A stretch of 38,396 bases of DNA, from IMG/VR virus record IMGVR_UViG_3300022751_000013, positions 1 through 38,396 of that record; one strand, given 5' to 3'. Within the stretch, counting starts at the first letter, position 1, and each line of letters starts with the position of its first letter. Made by a program: the position numbers and the translations under genes. The notes under the pieces were generated by a model. The model had not been told where the DNA came from. It did not search any database and saw only the letters and a list, made by a program, of their open reading frames with translations. The DNA comes from a virus. This document shows positions 9,580 through 19,258 of the stretch, piece by piece.

Positions 9580-10121
9580 TAAATTGATATTCCCCAGAAT
9601 CCCGCTTTAACGGTTACTCCGTTAGGGATTGCCGTATTAGTGGTTGAACCGAGAACGTTAATCGTGGTCAGGATTGTAATACCCGTGAAAGTCTGTTTAG
9701 CGAATGACTGCGATATTGACTTCAGGTCTCCTGCAACAGTTACGGAACCAGGAAGGTATATACCAGTGGAGTCACGATAGTTTGGCTGGAATGAATCACC
9801 AGATATGTAAGAACATAAAGCTGTACCTGTAGATAAATGGTCAGAGGTTGCATAAAATGTAGCACTCCCTCCTGATGTAGTGACCGAGTCGGTGAATACG
9901 ATTATATCTCCCGTAAGAGGCGTACCATTTTTAAATGTTCCATTCTCACAGTACCTAGTTATTGGCTTTGCATTTATAAGCGAGAGAAGTGCTTGATCAC
10001 CTCTGTATACTTGGCTCTCAGATGCTACTTTAGTTGGATCATCGACCATAGGCATAACATTTGTAATCATGTCCCATGTTACTGCGTTGCTCGGTGTATT
10101 AGATGGTGTAATTTCTGGCAT
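9579..10121 (-). CDS. Hypothetical tail or fiber-associated structural protein.
   Basis: 180-aa ORF, T/S/G-rich, coupled within the fiber gene cluster. Confidence 0.5.
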   Translation of the reverse strand: MPEITPSNTPSNAVTWDMITNVMPMVDDPTKVASESQVYRGDQALLSLINAKPITRYCENGTFKNGTPLTGDIIVFTDSVTTSGGSATFYATSDHLSTGTALCSYISGDSFQPNYRDSTGIYLPGSVTVAGDLKSISQSFAKQTFTGITILTTINVLGSTTNTAIPNGVTVKAGFWGISI

Positions 10122-10705
10122 TATACTTTTACCTCCGTAATTCTAATAAATGAATTTAGTATCCCACCCAAAGTGTTCGTGCCAGATCTACCGTTGAAGG
10201 TTGTAGTCCCCGCAATTGCACCTCCACCTCTTATTCTGAATGTTGTTGTTGAAGTTGTTCCCGCTGCCATTTCATACGCAAAAGGAATTGTAACTATTTC
10301 GTTTGTACTCATATCCTGAATTGATCCTGCAATAGCATTCGTACCTGAGTCTTGAAATAAAGCAACTACAAGGTCATTTGCCGCAGTAGACGACAGTGTG
10401 ATCTTGCCTTCAATAAATAGTCTATTAGTAGTTGCTTTTGGAGTTATACTAAGGTTAATAAACTCTTTACCTTCCGTACTTTGAGGGATCGTACCGTCTG
10501 CGGGTATCAGGGTCGTCGTGCTATCTACGGTAGTTGATGCTAGGTAGACAGCTTGAACAACAAAACCTGCCGCAACCTTGTCTTGTGTTACCTTTGAAGG
10601 ACCAATAACTGGCAATGCTGCAGTACCTGCGAGGTCACCCGCAAGCTGTACCTTTCCCTTAGCAATTGTAGTGGCGTCTGGTGTGTTTCCTGATATAGAT
10701 ACCAT
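10121..10705 (-). CDS. Hypothetical tail or fiber-associated structural protein.
   Basis: 194-aa ORF, T/S/G/A-rich, coupled within the fiber gene cluster. Confidence 0.5.
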   Translation of the reverse strand: MVSISGNTPDATTIAKGKVQLAGDLAGTAALPVIGPSKVTQDKVAAGFVVQAVYLASTTVDSTTTLIPADGTIPQSTEGKEFINLSITPKATTNRLFIEGKITLSSTAANDLVVALFQDSGTNAIAGSIQDMSTNEIVTIPFAYEMAAGTTSTTTFRIRGGGAIAGTTTFNGRSGTNTLGGILNSFIRITEVKV

Positions 10706-10714
10706 GTTATTCTC

Positions 10715-11662
10715 CTAAACTAATGTTTCTGTTACACGCATTGTTCCTGTTGCCGTATTCCATATTGCAACCAGTGGTCCCGCATATTCGCTACCAATAA
10801 CTGTAGCTTGGTTGCCCGCAGCAAGTAAAAATGTGTATGAAGTGGTAGACGCAGTACCGCCATAGCTTACATAGCAATCAGATGTGGAATCATTTGATAA
10901 TATTGCACTTTTACGCGCAGAGTTAGCAGCAAGTACAGTTGTTGATGTGATTGCTGCCGTGACATTTGTTTTGTTTGCACTGTTAGCTGGTGCTTCACGA
11001 GTCAATACTACACCTGTAGGATCGACTGCAATTCCTGAGTAATCACCATTTCCAGATGTTAGGGTGGTCGATGCATTATCATTACGAATAGCAAGTATCT
11101 GTATACCAGTATCACCAGAAGCATGTACTGCATCCTCTGCTTTACCAAGTGAGGTAGCGGCTACTCCTGGAACGAGTGAGGTGATCGTGGTCGATCCTAC
11201 TGTGGCTGTGACTGAACCAGAGACGGCTTGTGTTGCGACAGGTAGTGCAATGAACTGAGTTGACGGGTGGATAACAATTGCACCTGAACCTGATGTAAAG
11301 GCGGTAGAACGAACACGGAATTGCGATTGTCCAAGAAGTGGGCTTACTGTCCACACTACTGTAGTGTTTGAGGGAATGACACCAGTCACACCTGCGGTCG
11401 TCAGTGCATTGGTAGATTGATTGATACCTTGCACAGGGAAGAAGGTTGTACCGTCTGCTGCTGCTTCAAAGATCATGTTAATACCAGCGTGTGTACCTGA
11501 GATCTGAACAGTTGCTGATCCTATCCCTGTTAAGTCTGTCGCTGTGATGCTTGTTGACGAAGTAGTGATATTACCTGTTGTATTAGCTTGGGGTGCAGCG
11601 TTGATAACTGGAACAACATCTGTACCGTTAATAGTTTGTTTAACAATTTGATCGTACGCCAT
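10715..11662 (-). CDS. Hypothetical structural protein that looks like two tandem beta-rich halves.
   Basis: 315-aa ORF immediately downstream of the fiber gene. T/S/A/G-rich composition. Confidence 0.5.
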   Translation of the reverse strand: MAYDQIVKQTINGTDVVPVINAAPQANTTGNITTSSTSITATDLTGIGSATVQISGTHAGINMIFEAAADGTTFFPVQGINQSTNALTTAGVTGVIPSNTTVVWTVSPLLGQSQFRVRSTAFTSGSGAIVIHPSTQFIALPVATQAVSGSVTATVGSTTITSLVPGVAATSLGKAEDAVHASGDTGIQILAIRNDNASTTLTSGNGDYSGIAVDPTGVVLTREAPANSANKTNVTAAITSTTVLAANSARKSAILSNDSTSDCYVSYGGTASTTSYTFLLAAGNQATVIGSEYAGPLVAIWNTATGTMRVTETLV

Positions 11663-13045
11663 CTAGAAGACCCTCCAGTTAGCAGTATCGCTATAGAATT
11701 TACGTGATGAATTAGGACTGATTAACATAGATAGATTTCCGTTTATAGTTTGTGATGAGGTCGTATTTACAGTTATATTTGTTGCACCAGAGTTTGTCAC
11801 CTCGTAGGCATTTGTGTTACCTATGGCAGTCGGAAGGGTAAGAGTTGCTCCAGCGCTTACGATATATACGTAATCCACCAAAGACGTAGAACCAGCATTG
11901 GTATTAGTTGAAATGCTAGATATAGATCGTGTGATTCCAGCTGAACCACCACCACCCGCGTAGTTAGGAATATTTAGTGTTGTGCCTATTAAGGTAGATG
12001 CACCTGATGTCCCTACTGTCGTCAGTGTAATTGGAGCTTGGTAATCAGTTCCTGCAGTAGCGACGGAAAGTGCACCTGTACCACCTGACGTCTTTATTAA
12101 TCCATTAGAGGTGAGGTTAGATAACGTGCTAATGTTCTGGCTTGTGTTCACCGTAATGGTATTTGTAGATCGGGTAAGACCTGTCGAGAATGTAAGTGCA
12201 GATTCTTTACCCGCAAGATCAGATACTAGATTCGTAACTTGCGACTCTGCAATCTGAATAGCAACTGATGAAGCTGCAGTTGTAAGCCCTTTGGCGTTTA
12301 CCGTTTGAACACCAACACTTGAGGCTGATCCAAATGTACCTACATTAGAGTTGACTGTTGCGAGTACTGTCGCGTTGGTGTTATTTGCTGACCCGTTGAA
12401 ACTTGAACCTGCTGAAGTAACATCGCCTGTAAGTGTTCCAATAGTACGAGCCGTTTGTAAGACCGTAGCAGAACCCGCATTCCCTGTTACTGTTGTTTGG
12501 TCGCCTGTGTTCGTCCCCGTGGTATTAGTAAGCTTAGTACGTTCAGCTGTTGTAAGGAATAGGTTTGTAGATCCTTGTGTAATAGCATCTGATGTATCAA
12601 CAGACTTATTGAAATAAGGTGATAAGTTTTGATCTCCAGTATTTGTTCCAGATAGGTTTGTTCCTGTAACTGCTCCACTTGATATGACAGACGTTGGAGT
12701 AATAGCCCCTAGACCTATTGTAAGGCTTCCTGACGTTGTTATCGGTCCTCCACTGACACTTACGCCGTTCGCTCCTGTAGCGTTGACAGAAGACACTGTA
12801 CCCGTGCCAGAAACTGTGCCCCAGGCTGTATCGTAATCACCATCTGAGTTCTTTTTTAGATATTGACCCGTTGTGCCACCAACTGGGATTCCAATACCCA
12901 TAGGACCTGCTGGACCAACTGCATCAACGTCCACGTTAATAATAACGTCAGGCGCTAGTGTAATAGGTACAGATATAGGAGCAGCCAACTGAATGTCTAC
13001 GTTTAGAGCTTCGTCTATGTTTACGTCAACGTCAATCGGCTGCAT
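11663..13045 (-). CDS. Tail fiber protein.
   Basis: 460-aa ORF with a collagen-like GPAGPMGIGIPVGG stretch, then GQYLKKNSDGDYDTAW, then repeated GTNTGDQ motifs. All of these are common in phage fibers. Confidence 0.65.
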   Translation of the reverse strand: MQPIDVDVNIDEALNVDIQLAAPISVPITLAPDVIINVDVDAVGPAGPMGIGIPVGGTTGQYLKKNSDGDYDTAWGTVSGTGTVSSVNATGANGVSVSGGPITTSGSLTIGLGAITPTSVISSGAVTGTNLSGTNTGDQNLSPYFNKSVDTSDAITQGSTNLFLTTAERTKLTNTTGTNTGDQTTVTGNAGSATVLQTARTIGTLTGDVTSAGSSFNGSANNTNATVLATVNSNVGTFGSASSVGVQTVNAKGLTTAASSVAIQIAESQVTNLVSDLAGKESALTFSTGLTRSTNTITVNTSQNISTLSNLTSNGLIKTSGGTGALSVATAGTDYQAPITLTTVGTSGASTLIGTTLNIPNYAGGGGSAGITRSISSISTNTNAGSTSLVDYVYIVSAGATLTLPTAIGNTNAYEVTNSGATNITVNTTSSQTINGNLSMLISPNSSRKFYSDTANWRVF

Positions 13046-13389
13046 TATATATCCTTGGTCACATCTTGTGTAAATTCAATGTCTTGTCGTTTTGTACTTG
13101 AAACTAATCCACCAGGTGATACCGCTTGAATGTCATACACATACTGTCCAGGGGTAACACGTGTATCTGTGTTGCTAAGAGCAACAGTGGCGACATTAGC
13201 AAGGATTGTTACACCGTTAGACGTATCTTTTGCAATTACTGCATCAGTGTCGTTGTTTGGAGTTAGTCCATTAATATCTTTTACAGTGAAGAAAATATCA
13301 TACCCTGTAATGTCCATAGGGAAAGTAACAATAAGACTTCGATCGTCTCCGCAAATAAGTGCATTCTTTTTTGTGAGCTTAACAGCCAT
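13045..13389 (-). CDS. Hypothetical small structural protein.
   Basis: 114-aa ORF. Its stop overlaps the fiber gene's start. Confidence 0.5.
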   Translation of the reverse strand: MAVKLTKKNALICGDDRSLIVTFPMDITGYDIFFTVKDINGLTPNNDTDAVIAKDTSNGVTILANVATVALSNTDTRVTPGQYVYDIQAVSPGGLVSSTKRQDIEFTQDVTKDI

Positions 13390-13410
13390 TATATCTCCTT
13401 AATATTTGGA

Positions 13411-13430
13411 GGAGAGACCCCACTCTCTCC
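13411..13430 (-). promoter_or_regulatory. Intergenic 7-bp GC-rich stem-loop (GGAGAGA-N6-TCTCTCC) with no U-tract. Possibly an mRNA stabiliser, processing site or partial terminator.
   Basis: Perfect inverted repeat read between the 127-aa and 114-aa genes. Confidence 0.35.
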
Positions 13431-13437
13431 GTTTGAA

Positions 13438-13821
13438 CTAGGCTACGCGTGCCCAAGTTCCAATTACCTCTGCGGTAATGTAACCTGTAGCACCAGTTGT
13501 TCCGTTACCCACTAGGGTAATTTCGTCACCAGTTTTACTTGTAGCTTTTGTGTTTACTGCACCTTTGTTGACCGCAGCAGTGAAACCGTTTCCAGTTACG
13601 CCATCCGCAGCCTGTGGAGCGACTGTAAAGCCAACCTTACCGTCATATGAGCCACCGTTACGAATCGTAAAGGTAAGTCCATCTGCAGTAGCAGGAAGGG
13701 TTACAGTAACACCATCAACAGTCACGTTTTGTACGATACCACTATCAGCAGCTGTAAGCGTTTTGTTCGCTGTAACAGTCGCGTTTGAGCGGTCGTAGTG
13801 TCCTTGAATTGTATTAGCCAT
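13438..13821 (-). CDS. Hypothetical head-associated protein, possibly a decoration protein.
   Basis: 127-aa beta-rich ORF two genes downstream of the capsid gene. Assigned by position only. Confidence 0.45.
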   Translation of the reverse strand: MANTIQGHYDRSNATVTANKTLTAADSGIVQNVTVDGVTVTLPATADGLTFTIRNGGSYDGKVGFTVAPQAADGVTGNGFTAAVNKGAVNTKATSKTGDEITLVGNGTTGATGYITAEVIGTWARVA

Positions 13822-13832
13822 TATATGTTTCC

Positions 13833-14159
13833 TTATTTCTTATTTTGTTCTGGGAGCTTTTCTGCCTTTTCAGCAGCTTCTTCAGCTTGCTTTTCAGGTC
13901 CAGTTAAAGCTTCGCGAGCTTCTTTTTTAGCATCAGTTGCTTTTGAGTGGTATTCTTCCGCTTCCGCGTCAGTAGCCAATCGCCAGCCTAGGTGGATGAA
14001 AGCATCAGCTTGCGCTGGATCTACAGCTTCTAAGAATTTCTTCTCCCCCACTTTGTTGTTCTGTGCGTCCGTTGCTTCAAAAATGTAGACACCGTTCTTG
14101 CTAACGTCTCCAGTGAGTCCGTTCTTTTCGATTGGGTCGATTCCTTTAGAAATAGCCAT
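13833..14159 (-). CDS. Hypothetical head-associated protein.
   Basis: 108-aa ORF directly downstream of the capsid gene, with a charged, helical C-terminus. Confidence 0.45.
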   Translation of the reverse strand: MAISKGIDPIEKNGLTGDVSKNGVYIFEATDAQNNKVGEKKFLEAVDPAQADAFIHLGWRLATDAEAEEYHSKATDAKKEAREALTGPEKQAEEAAEKAEKLPEQNKK

Positions 14160-14185
14160 GTGTAATTCTCCTTCTATTTATTAAA

Positions 14186-15019
14186 CTAGGCAGCCATAAC
14201 AGCGTAGATAGCCTTACCACGGTTGGTAGGGATAAATGCGTCGTAGTATCGGCGTCCTTCTACAACCCAACCATCAATACCTTGAACTTCGTTCAATGTA
14301 CGGATCATGTCGAATTTAGTAGGTGCTACAAGTACGTCATCAGCAGTAAACAAGAAGTTTGTGTTTGCTGGGAGGTAGCTTGCTGGAACAATGTGAATCT
14401 TAATTCCATCGACAATTTTAACGTCACCACTCTTTACATCCTTGTAAGCTTCGTCAGATGCAACCTTGAATTCAGGGTCACGTCGTAGAAGGTTATAGTT
14501 TGTGCGAGTCATGAAGACGTGGATGTTCTCGTTTTCGATCAATGCGTTAGTAAAGTAAACGTTAGCAGCAAGGTATGTCTGGTAAGCGTTTGCGTTAGTA
14601 ACAACAGTAACCTGTGATTGTGAGTTTGCTACAGCGTAAGCTTGTAGTGTTGCAAGACGGTACTTGTCAGTTGTAGGGATAGCGACTTCACGAACTTGTC
14701 GCTTCACGCTTTCACCAACTTCTGTAACCATCATGCTGTCAGCCCAGTTACCACGGTCAATTGAGTATGTCCAAGCTTTATCTTGTGAAAGGGTGAAGGT
14801 TTGTGTACCTGTACCAAGTTCTACAAGTTGTCCGAATCGGTTTGAACCACCGCGGACGTAGTCAGTTTCTGCTACAACACTTACGTTGTAAATTGTTACA
14901 GACTGGCGACCATTAAAGTCAAGGCGAATACCTTTGTTAATGATGTCGTTAGTCTTTGCTTTCACGAAGTATCGTTCGTCGAGAACCTTCAGTGAAGCAC
15001 TAGCGAAATTTTGTGCCAT
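14186..15019 (-). CDS. Major capsid protein, assigned by position.
   Basis: 277-aa ORF immediately after the acidic scaffold-like gene and downstream of portal. Strong RBS. No database check was done. Confidence 0.6.
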   Translation of the reverse strand: MAQNFASASLKVLDERYFVKAKTNDIINKGIRLDFNGRQSVTIYNVSVVAETDYVRGGSNRFGQLVELGTGTQTFTLSQDKAWTYSIDRGNWADSMMVTEVGESVKRQVREVAIPTTDKYRLATLQAYAVANSQSQVTVVTNANAYQTYLAANVYFTNALIENENIHVFMTRTNYNLLRRDPEFKVASDEAYKDVKSGDVKIVDGIKIHIVPASYLPANTNFLFTADDVLVAPTKFDMIRTLNEVQGIDGWVVEGRRYYDAFIPTNRGKAIYAVMAA

Positions 15020-15038
15020 TATTTATTCTTTCTTATTG

Positions 15039-15842
15039 TTAATCGTCTAGACCTTTAAGCAAAATGTCCATGATTGGATCGGATGTTGCTTTTTGAGTTG
15101 TAGAAGTACCAGTTGTGTCAGTAGCGGCTAGTTGCTTTTCAGCAGCTCGTTTTCCACTAATCTGACCTCTTTGTGCTCCACGCTCATGAATCTTGGACAG
15201 TGTTTCGTAAAATTTGTACGGCAATACGTTAGCATTTACGATCTGACCTGTCTTTGGGTCTGTCTGAATACCTGAAACTTCCATGTATTGCTCACTAGCC
15301 ATCTTTGCGAAATCTGCGTCATAATCCTTACTCTCTGGGTTAAATACTGGGAAATCGTAAAGGACTTGCATAGACTCCATATTGAGGTCGTTCGTAAGTT
15401 CCACAACGTGCTGGTTGTACTTATCAATGGTTTGCTCTTGGCGCATTGCCTCAAGCTTTGCATCGGTTTCGTCTAACCCTTGTTCTTGTAGTTCGGCTAC
15501 GGTTGCTGGTTTGTAGTTTTGGGCGGTTAATTGCTCCACTTGCCTCTGCAGCTCACGTTTCTCGCTTACAAGAGTCCGTATGCGGTTCTCTGCTTTGTTC
15601 TTTGCCTTTGGCTTATCTTCGTCTGTTTCCTCTGTTGTTTCTTCCTCAGACTCTTCAGTGTCCCCACTATCTTCAGTTGATTCAGCTTCCGTTTCTTTAG
15701 TTTCAGCCTGTTCAGATTCTTTGGTTTCTGTAGTTGACGATTCTACTGGTGCAGTTTTCTGCTCTGCGGTGTCCTCACCTTCATTGTCGAAACTTAGGGT
15801 GATTTCTTCATTAGCGTCTGTAGTGTTAGGATTTTCGTCCAT
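15039..15842 (-). CDS. Scaffolding protein.
   Basis: 267-aa ORF with a highly acidic E/T/D-rich N-terminus and a coiled-coil-like middle, located between portal and capsid. Confidence 0.6.
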   Translation of the reverse strand: MDENPNTTDANEEITLSFDNEGEDTAEQKTAPVESSTTETKESEQAETKETEAESTEDSGDTEESEEETTEETDEDKPKAKNKAENRIRTLVSEKRELQRQVEQLTAQNYKPATVAELQEQGLDETDAKLEAMRQEQTIDKYNQHVVELTNDLNMESMQVLYDFPVFNPESKDYDADFAKMASEQYMEVSGIQTDPKTGQIVNANVLPYKFYETLSKIHERGAQRGQISGKRAAEKQLAATDTTGTSTTQKATSDPIMDILLKGLDD

Positions 15843-15946
15843 AACGTGCCTCCTTTATTGTTTAACGTTCGTAGCGTGAACGAGACGAGAGTTGGATAGG
15901 CTCTATGCCAGCGTCGAGTGGGGTCGACACCAGCATACAAACTACC

Positions 15947-16255
15947 CTACTTACCCTTGAAGGTATCATCCAGGTTTTTAAGTTTGTCCAATTCTGTCTG
16001 TAGTAATGCTCGGTACTTATCGTTTCCGTACATAATTACCTTTACTTGAAACTCAGGGGTTGAAGCTGTAATACCCTGGGCTGACATTGAATCACTGTTC
16101 TTAATCTCTTCTTCGAGGTGTTTGATTAGATCCTCAACAACTGGGTAAGACTTTTCAAACTTAGATTGTTCTTCGCGTTCTTCAGCATCCTGCTCTTTAG
16201 GGATTGAGTTAAAGTCATCAAATGCCTGTCCATCGTTTGGGTATGATTCGTCCAT
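15947..16255 (-). CDS. Hypothetical acidic protein.
   Basis: 102-aa ORF. Its start overlaps the portal gene's stop. Confidence 0.5.
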   Translation of the reverse strand: MDESYPNDGQAFDDFNSIPKEQDAEEREEQSKFEKSYPVVEDLIKHLEEEIKNSDSMSAQGITASTPEFQVKVIMYGNDKYRALLQTELDKLKNLDDTFKGK

Positions 16256-18324
16256 TATGCAATCTCCTCTTCTGTCCTATCTGCTTGTCCAATAATCTCC
16301 ACCACTTCTTCAATCGGCACATCCTCGCGAAGCATGACAATTGCCTGGGCGATTATTTCATTATCGAAGCCACGCTCTTGTAGTCCCTCGATAAGTTGGA
16401 TCTCCTCTTCGTCAAGACCAACAAAGTCTTGCTCATCAATCACACCATCAGCGAGTGGCTCTTCTAAAGGAACTTCTTGTACCATCTCTTCTTGTGGGAT
16501 CATAGCTTCTATAGGCTGTTCTAAAGCCATCTGTGGCTCTTGCATCATCTCAGGTGGTAGTTGTTCCATTGGTGGCAGAACTTCGCCTTCTGGGATCATC
16601 TCTGGGTTCGTCGGTGGTTGTACTGCCAGTTGTTGTGCCTGTAGTGCTTGAGCTTGCTTAGATTCTTCTTGGTCTATAGCAAACTGTTCAGCGTCAATTG
16701 AAAGTTTCTCTTGATCTTCAACGCCTGTGAGTGAAGTGTATTGGTTCCATAGCTCAATAGCTTTTTCTGGGTATTGTTGGAGGATTCCTTGTAATAGTGG
16801 TGATCCTTCAATCCTTTGGAAGAACTGGTCAAGTGCTTCGAGTTGAGCCTGGGTTGAAGCCTTATCACTGGTACTTGCATCTACTTCAAACTTCAAAGAC
16901 TCTGTGAAATCGTCCCAGTTAATAACATACACATCATTCTCATCTACTGCAGTAGGGTCAAGTTCACGCACCTTGCGGGCTGTGTCTTTATTTAGCTGAA
17001 TCTCTTCCATACCGTGCTTGTTTGCAAATGTAAGGTTAAGAGCAGACTCGAATACATCTGAGATCCAGCGTTCGTATTGTTTACGCATGTAGTTGTCTGA
17101 GATACCAAGTTTCAACTGTTGGGCTTGTACACCAGCACTCGTCTTACTGAATCCAGGGTTGCCCACCTCAGCAGATACAGAGGTATCACCGTTGTTGTTC
17201 ATAGCGATGATCTGTGACTTAAAGAGTCCATAGTCATTGGTGAAGTTATTGAGTGCAGTTGTGTCTAGATTTGCTGTCTCGATCTGGTTGGCTGGGTTGT
17301 TACCAAGATCCCATATAGCGTTAGGCTGTAGCTTTAGTTGAGACTTATTGAAGTCACCACGTTTGATAAGTGGAGGAGCAAGGTTAAGAGCACGTGAGTA
17401 CTGATAGCTTTGAAGCATTGAGTCGATAACGTTCTGTGTACCACCAGATAATTCAACAACACCACGACCGAGTGGGTTCTCGAAGTCGATATTCGCGTAG
17501 AGGACTTGAATAGGCATAACACCACGAGGGTCTTTGTTCTTCATGGTGCGGACAAATGCTTCTGGTCCTGGAGCAAACGAGATAAACGCAGCACCTACAC
17601 CGTTTTGGAAGCCGTGGATTATTTCAATACCTTCAGCACGTGTATTACGTTCTTTCTCACCAGCAGATTTAGCGCTATCTTCTTTTTCGCTGACCCAGTC
17701 TTTAAGACGTTTAAGTTCTGCAAGATCCCATTCGCCATCGTACTTCTCGCCATTCTCTTTAGCAGAGGCTTTAAGCTTTGTTTCCTTCTTGATAATAGCG
17801 TCAATGTCAGACTCTTGATACCATGCACGAACAAAGGTATATGCACAGTCATAGAACGTTAGTTTACCCTTTTCAAGGAAGATGTCTTTAATGTAAATAA
17901 GACGGAAGTCACCGCCAAAGTAATCGTTGTTCTGACCGAAGAAGGTCATTGAATAGACTGAACCAAATGTAAGTGATTTACCTACAGCACCCCAAGACTT
18001 CTGTAGTACGTCAGCCTGTGAGTTAGCATGTGGGATGATCTGGTCAGTAAGAATGAAGTTAGCAACAATGCTTTGAACATCCGACTTTGTAGTCGTTACT
18101 TTACCTGATGGAACCTGTTGAATGATGCGCTTCGGGAACTCCTGGATAATAGCTGCGAGTGTACCGTCTGTGTTCTTCGGATAAGCTTTGTTGATACCTG
18201 GGTGAGGTCGGTTACGGGCAATGCGTTCGTATTCAGCAAGAGGGTCGTGAAGAGGACCCATGTAGGTTTTACTGTCGTTCCATTTAGCTTGAAAGTTCTC
18301 TTTATTTAAATAAGATTGAGCCAC
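16255..18324 (-). CDS. Portal protein.
   Basis: 689-aa ORF with a GTG start and a very acidic C-terminal tail. It sits downstream of terminase and upstream of scaffold and capsid. Confidence 0.7.
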   Translation of the reverse strand: MAQSYLNKENFQAKWNDSKTYMGPLHDPLAEYERIARNRPHPGINKAYPKNTDGTLAAIIQEFPKRIIQQVPSGKVTTTKSDVQSIVANFILTDQIIPHANSQADVLQKSWGAVGKSLTFGSVYSMTFFGQNNDYFGGDFRLIYIKDIFLEKGKLTFYDCAYTFVRAWYQESDIDAIIKKETKLKASAKENGEKYDGEWDLAELKRLKDWVSEKEDSAKSAGEKERNTRAEGIEIIHGFQNGVGAAFISFAPGPEAFVRTMKNKDPRGVMPIQVLYANIDFENPLGRGVVELSGGTQNVIDSMLQSYQYSRALNLAPPLIKRGDFNKSQLKLQPNAIWDLGNNPANQIETANLDTTALNNFTNDYGLFKSQIIAMNNNGDTSVSAEVGNPGFSKTSAGVQAQQLKLGISDNYMRKQYERWISDVFESALNLTFANKHGMEEIQLNKDTARKVRELDPTAVDENDVYVINWDDFTESLKFEVDASTSDKASTQAQLEALDQFFQRIEGSPLLQGILQQYPEKAIELWNQYTSLTGVEDQEKLSIDAEQFAIDQEESKQAQALQAQQLAVQPPTNPEMIPEGEVLPPMEQLPPEMMQEPQMALEQPIEAMIPQEEMVQEVPLEEPLADGVIDEQDFVGLDEEEIQLIEGLQERGFDNEIIAQAIVMLREDVPIEEVVEIIGQADRTEEEIA

Positions 18325-18374
18325 GAGTTATTCCTGTTAGGGACCGTGGAACGTACACTAGTCTTGATGTATAA

Positions 18375-18403
18375 AGTATAGTATCTGGTATTTAGTTATA
18401 CAA
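18375..18403 (-). promoter_or_regulatory. Sigma70-like promoter upstream of portal: TTGTAT-17-TATACT.
   Basis: On the minus strand, the -35 is at 18403..18398 and the -10 at 18380..18375, with a 17-nt spacer, in the 80-nt gap before portal. Confidence 0.45.
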
Positions 18404-18404
18404 A

Positions 18405-18770
18405 CTATTCATAACCATCATTCTCATACGTCTGCTTGATTCGTAGAGCATCTGTTGATGATTTGTATTCTGAGCTGAATGAATCGGGAAGCATAATGAA
18501 ATGCGGCTGACCTTTAACTGGTGTAGCGTATAGTAGCTTGAACTTCTCTACTTGTTTCTTGTGCTCTCGCTTGAACCATTCCTTCGTGTATTGAGGTACT
18601 GCGTCTGTATCATCACTTCTTAATGCATAGTCCTCTAGGAATACACGCTTAGCTTCTAATGCTTCAGGCATGGTATCAAATAGTCCTAGCTTATAGGTCA
18701 CACGGTTTCTATGTATACGGACACGATACTTTCCCACTGCGACCCAAAAGTCTATGCCTCGTGTGTCCAT
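18405..18770 (-). CDS. AP2-like DNA-binding domain protein, possibly a homing-endonuclease relative or remnant.
   Basis: 121-aa ORF. The segment GIDFWVAVGKYRVRIHRNRVTYKLGLFDTMPEALEAKRVF matches the AP2 beta-sheet-plus-helix pattern. Confidence 0.5.
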   Translation of the reverse strand: MDTRGIDFWVAVGKYRVRIHRNRVTYKLGLFDTMPEALEAKRVFLEDYALRSDDTDAVPQYTKEWFKREHKKQVEKFKLLYATPVKGQPHFIMLPDSFSSEYKSSTDALRIKQTYENDGYE

Positions 18771-19036
18771 TAGATGTTATCACCTAGGTATTTAATTGGG
18801 TCTTCTGCTATTACCATTTGTTGGAGGTGATAAACAAACGCGGGTTTTGATACGGGAGACGGATAATATTCTGTGATATGTTTTTCACCCCATAATGCTT
18901 TTGCAAATTCGTGGTTATAGATAAGTTCATAAGGGCGATTGTCTGCATCCCAGTCAATGTCTTTCCATGCCCAGCTGTTATCAATAGCCTTCTGTATGGC
19001 TTTTTCAAGTATTTCCTTGTCGCTCATGCTCTCCAC
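18770..19036 (-). CDS. Hypothetical protein.
   Basis: 88-aa ORF coupled to its neighbours between terL and portal. Confidence 0.5.
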   Translation of the reverse strand: MESMSDKEILEKAIQKAIDNSWAWKDIDWDADNRPYELIYNHEFAKALWGEKHITEYYPSPVSKPAFVYHLQQMVIAEDPIKYLGDNI

Positions 19037-19248
19037 TCCTTCTCTAAAAACCTATTACCTTTGTCTGAATACACCCGTTTAATGAGGATGTGTTTACTGT
19101 CTTTATGTTCACGTAGGAACTGTAGTATCTGGCTTAACTCGTTAGCATCATCTGTTACAGGGTCTTTTGTCATCGTAAAGGTGTGGGACAGTACTTCCTT
19201 GCCGTTCTCGTACTTACGTTTGGTGTTTTCTTCTCCGAATTGGATCAT
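19024..19248 (-). CDS. Hypothetical protein.
   Basis: 74-aa ORF directly downstream of terL. Confidence 0.5.
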   Translation of the reverse strand: MIQFGEENTKRKYENGKEVLSHTFTMTKDPVTDDANELSQILQFLREHKDSKHILIKRVYSDKGNRFLEKEWRA

Positions 19249-19258
19249 GTTTGTCTCC

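Noticed and set aside
11663-13045. A diversity-generating retroelement, suggested by the repeated GTNTGDQ-type segments in the fiber gene.
   Set aside because: The repeats are short in-protein motifs, not a template/variable repeat pair. The genome encodes no reverse transcriptase.
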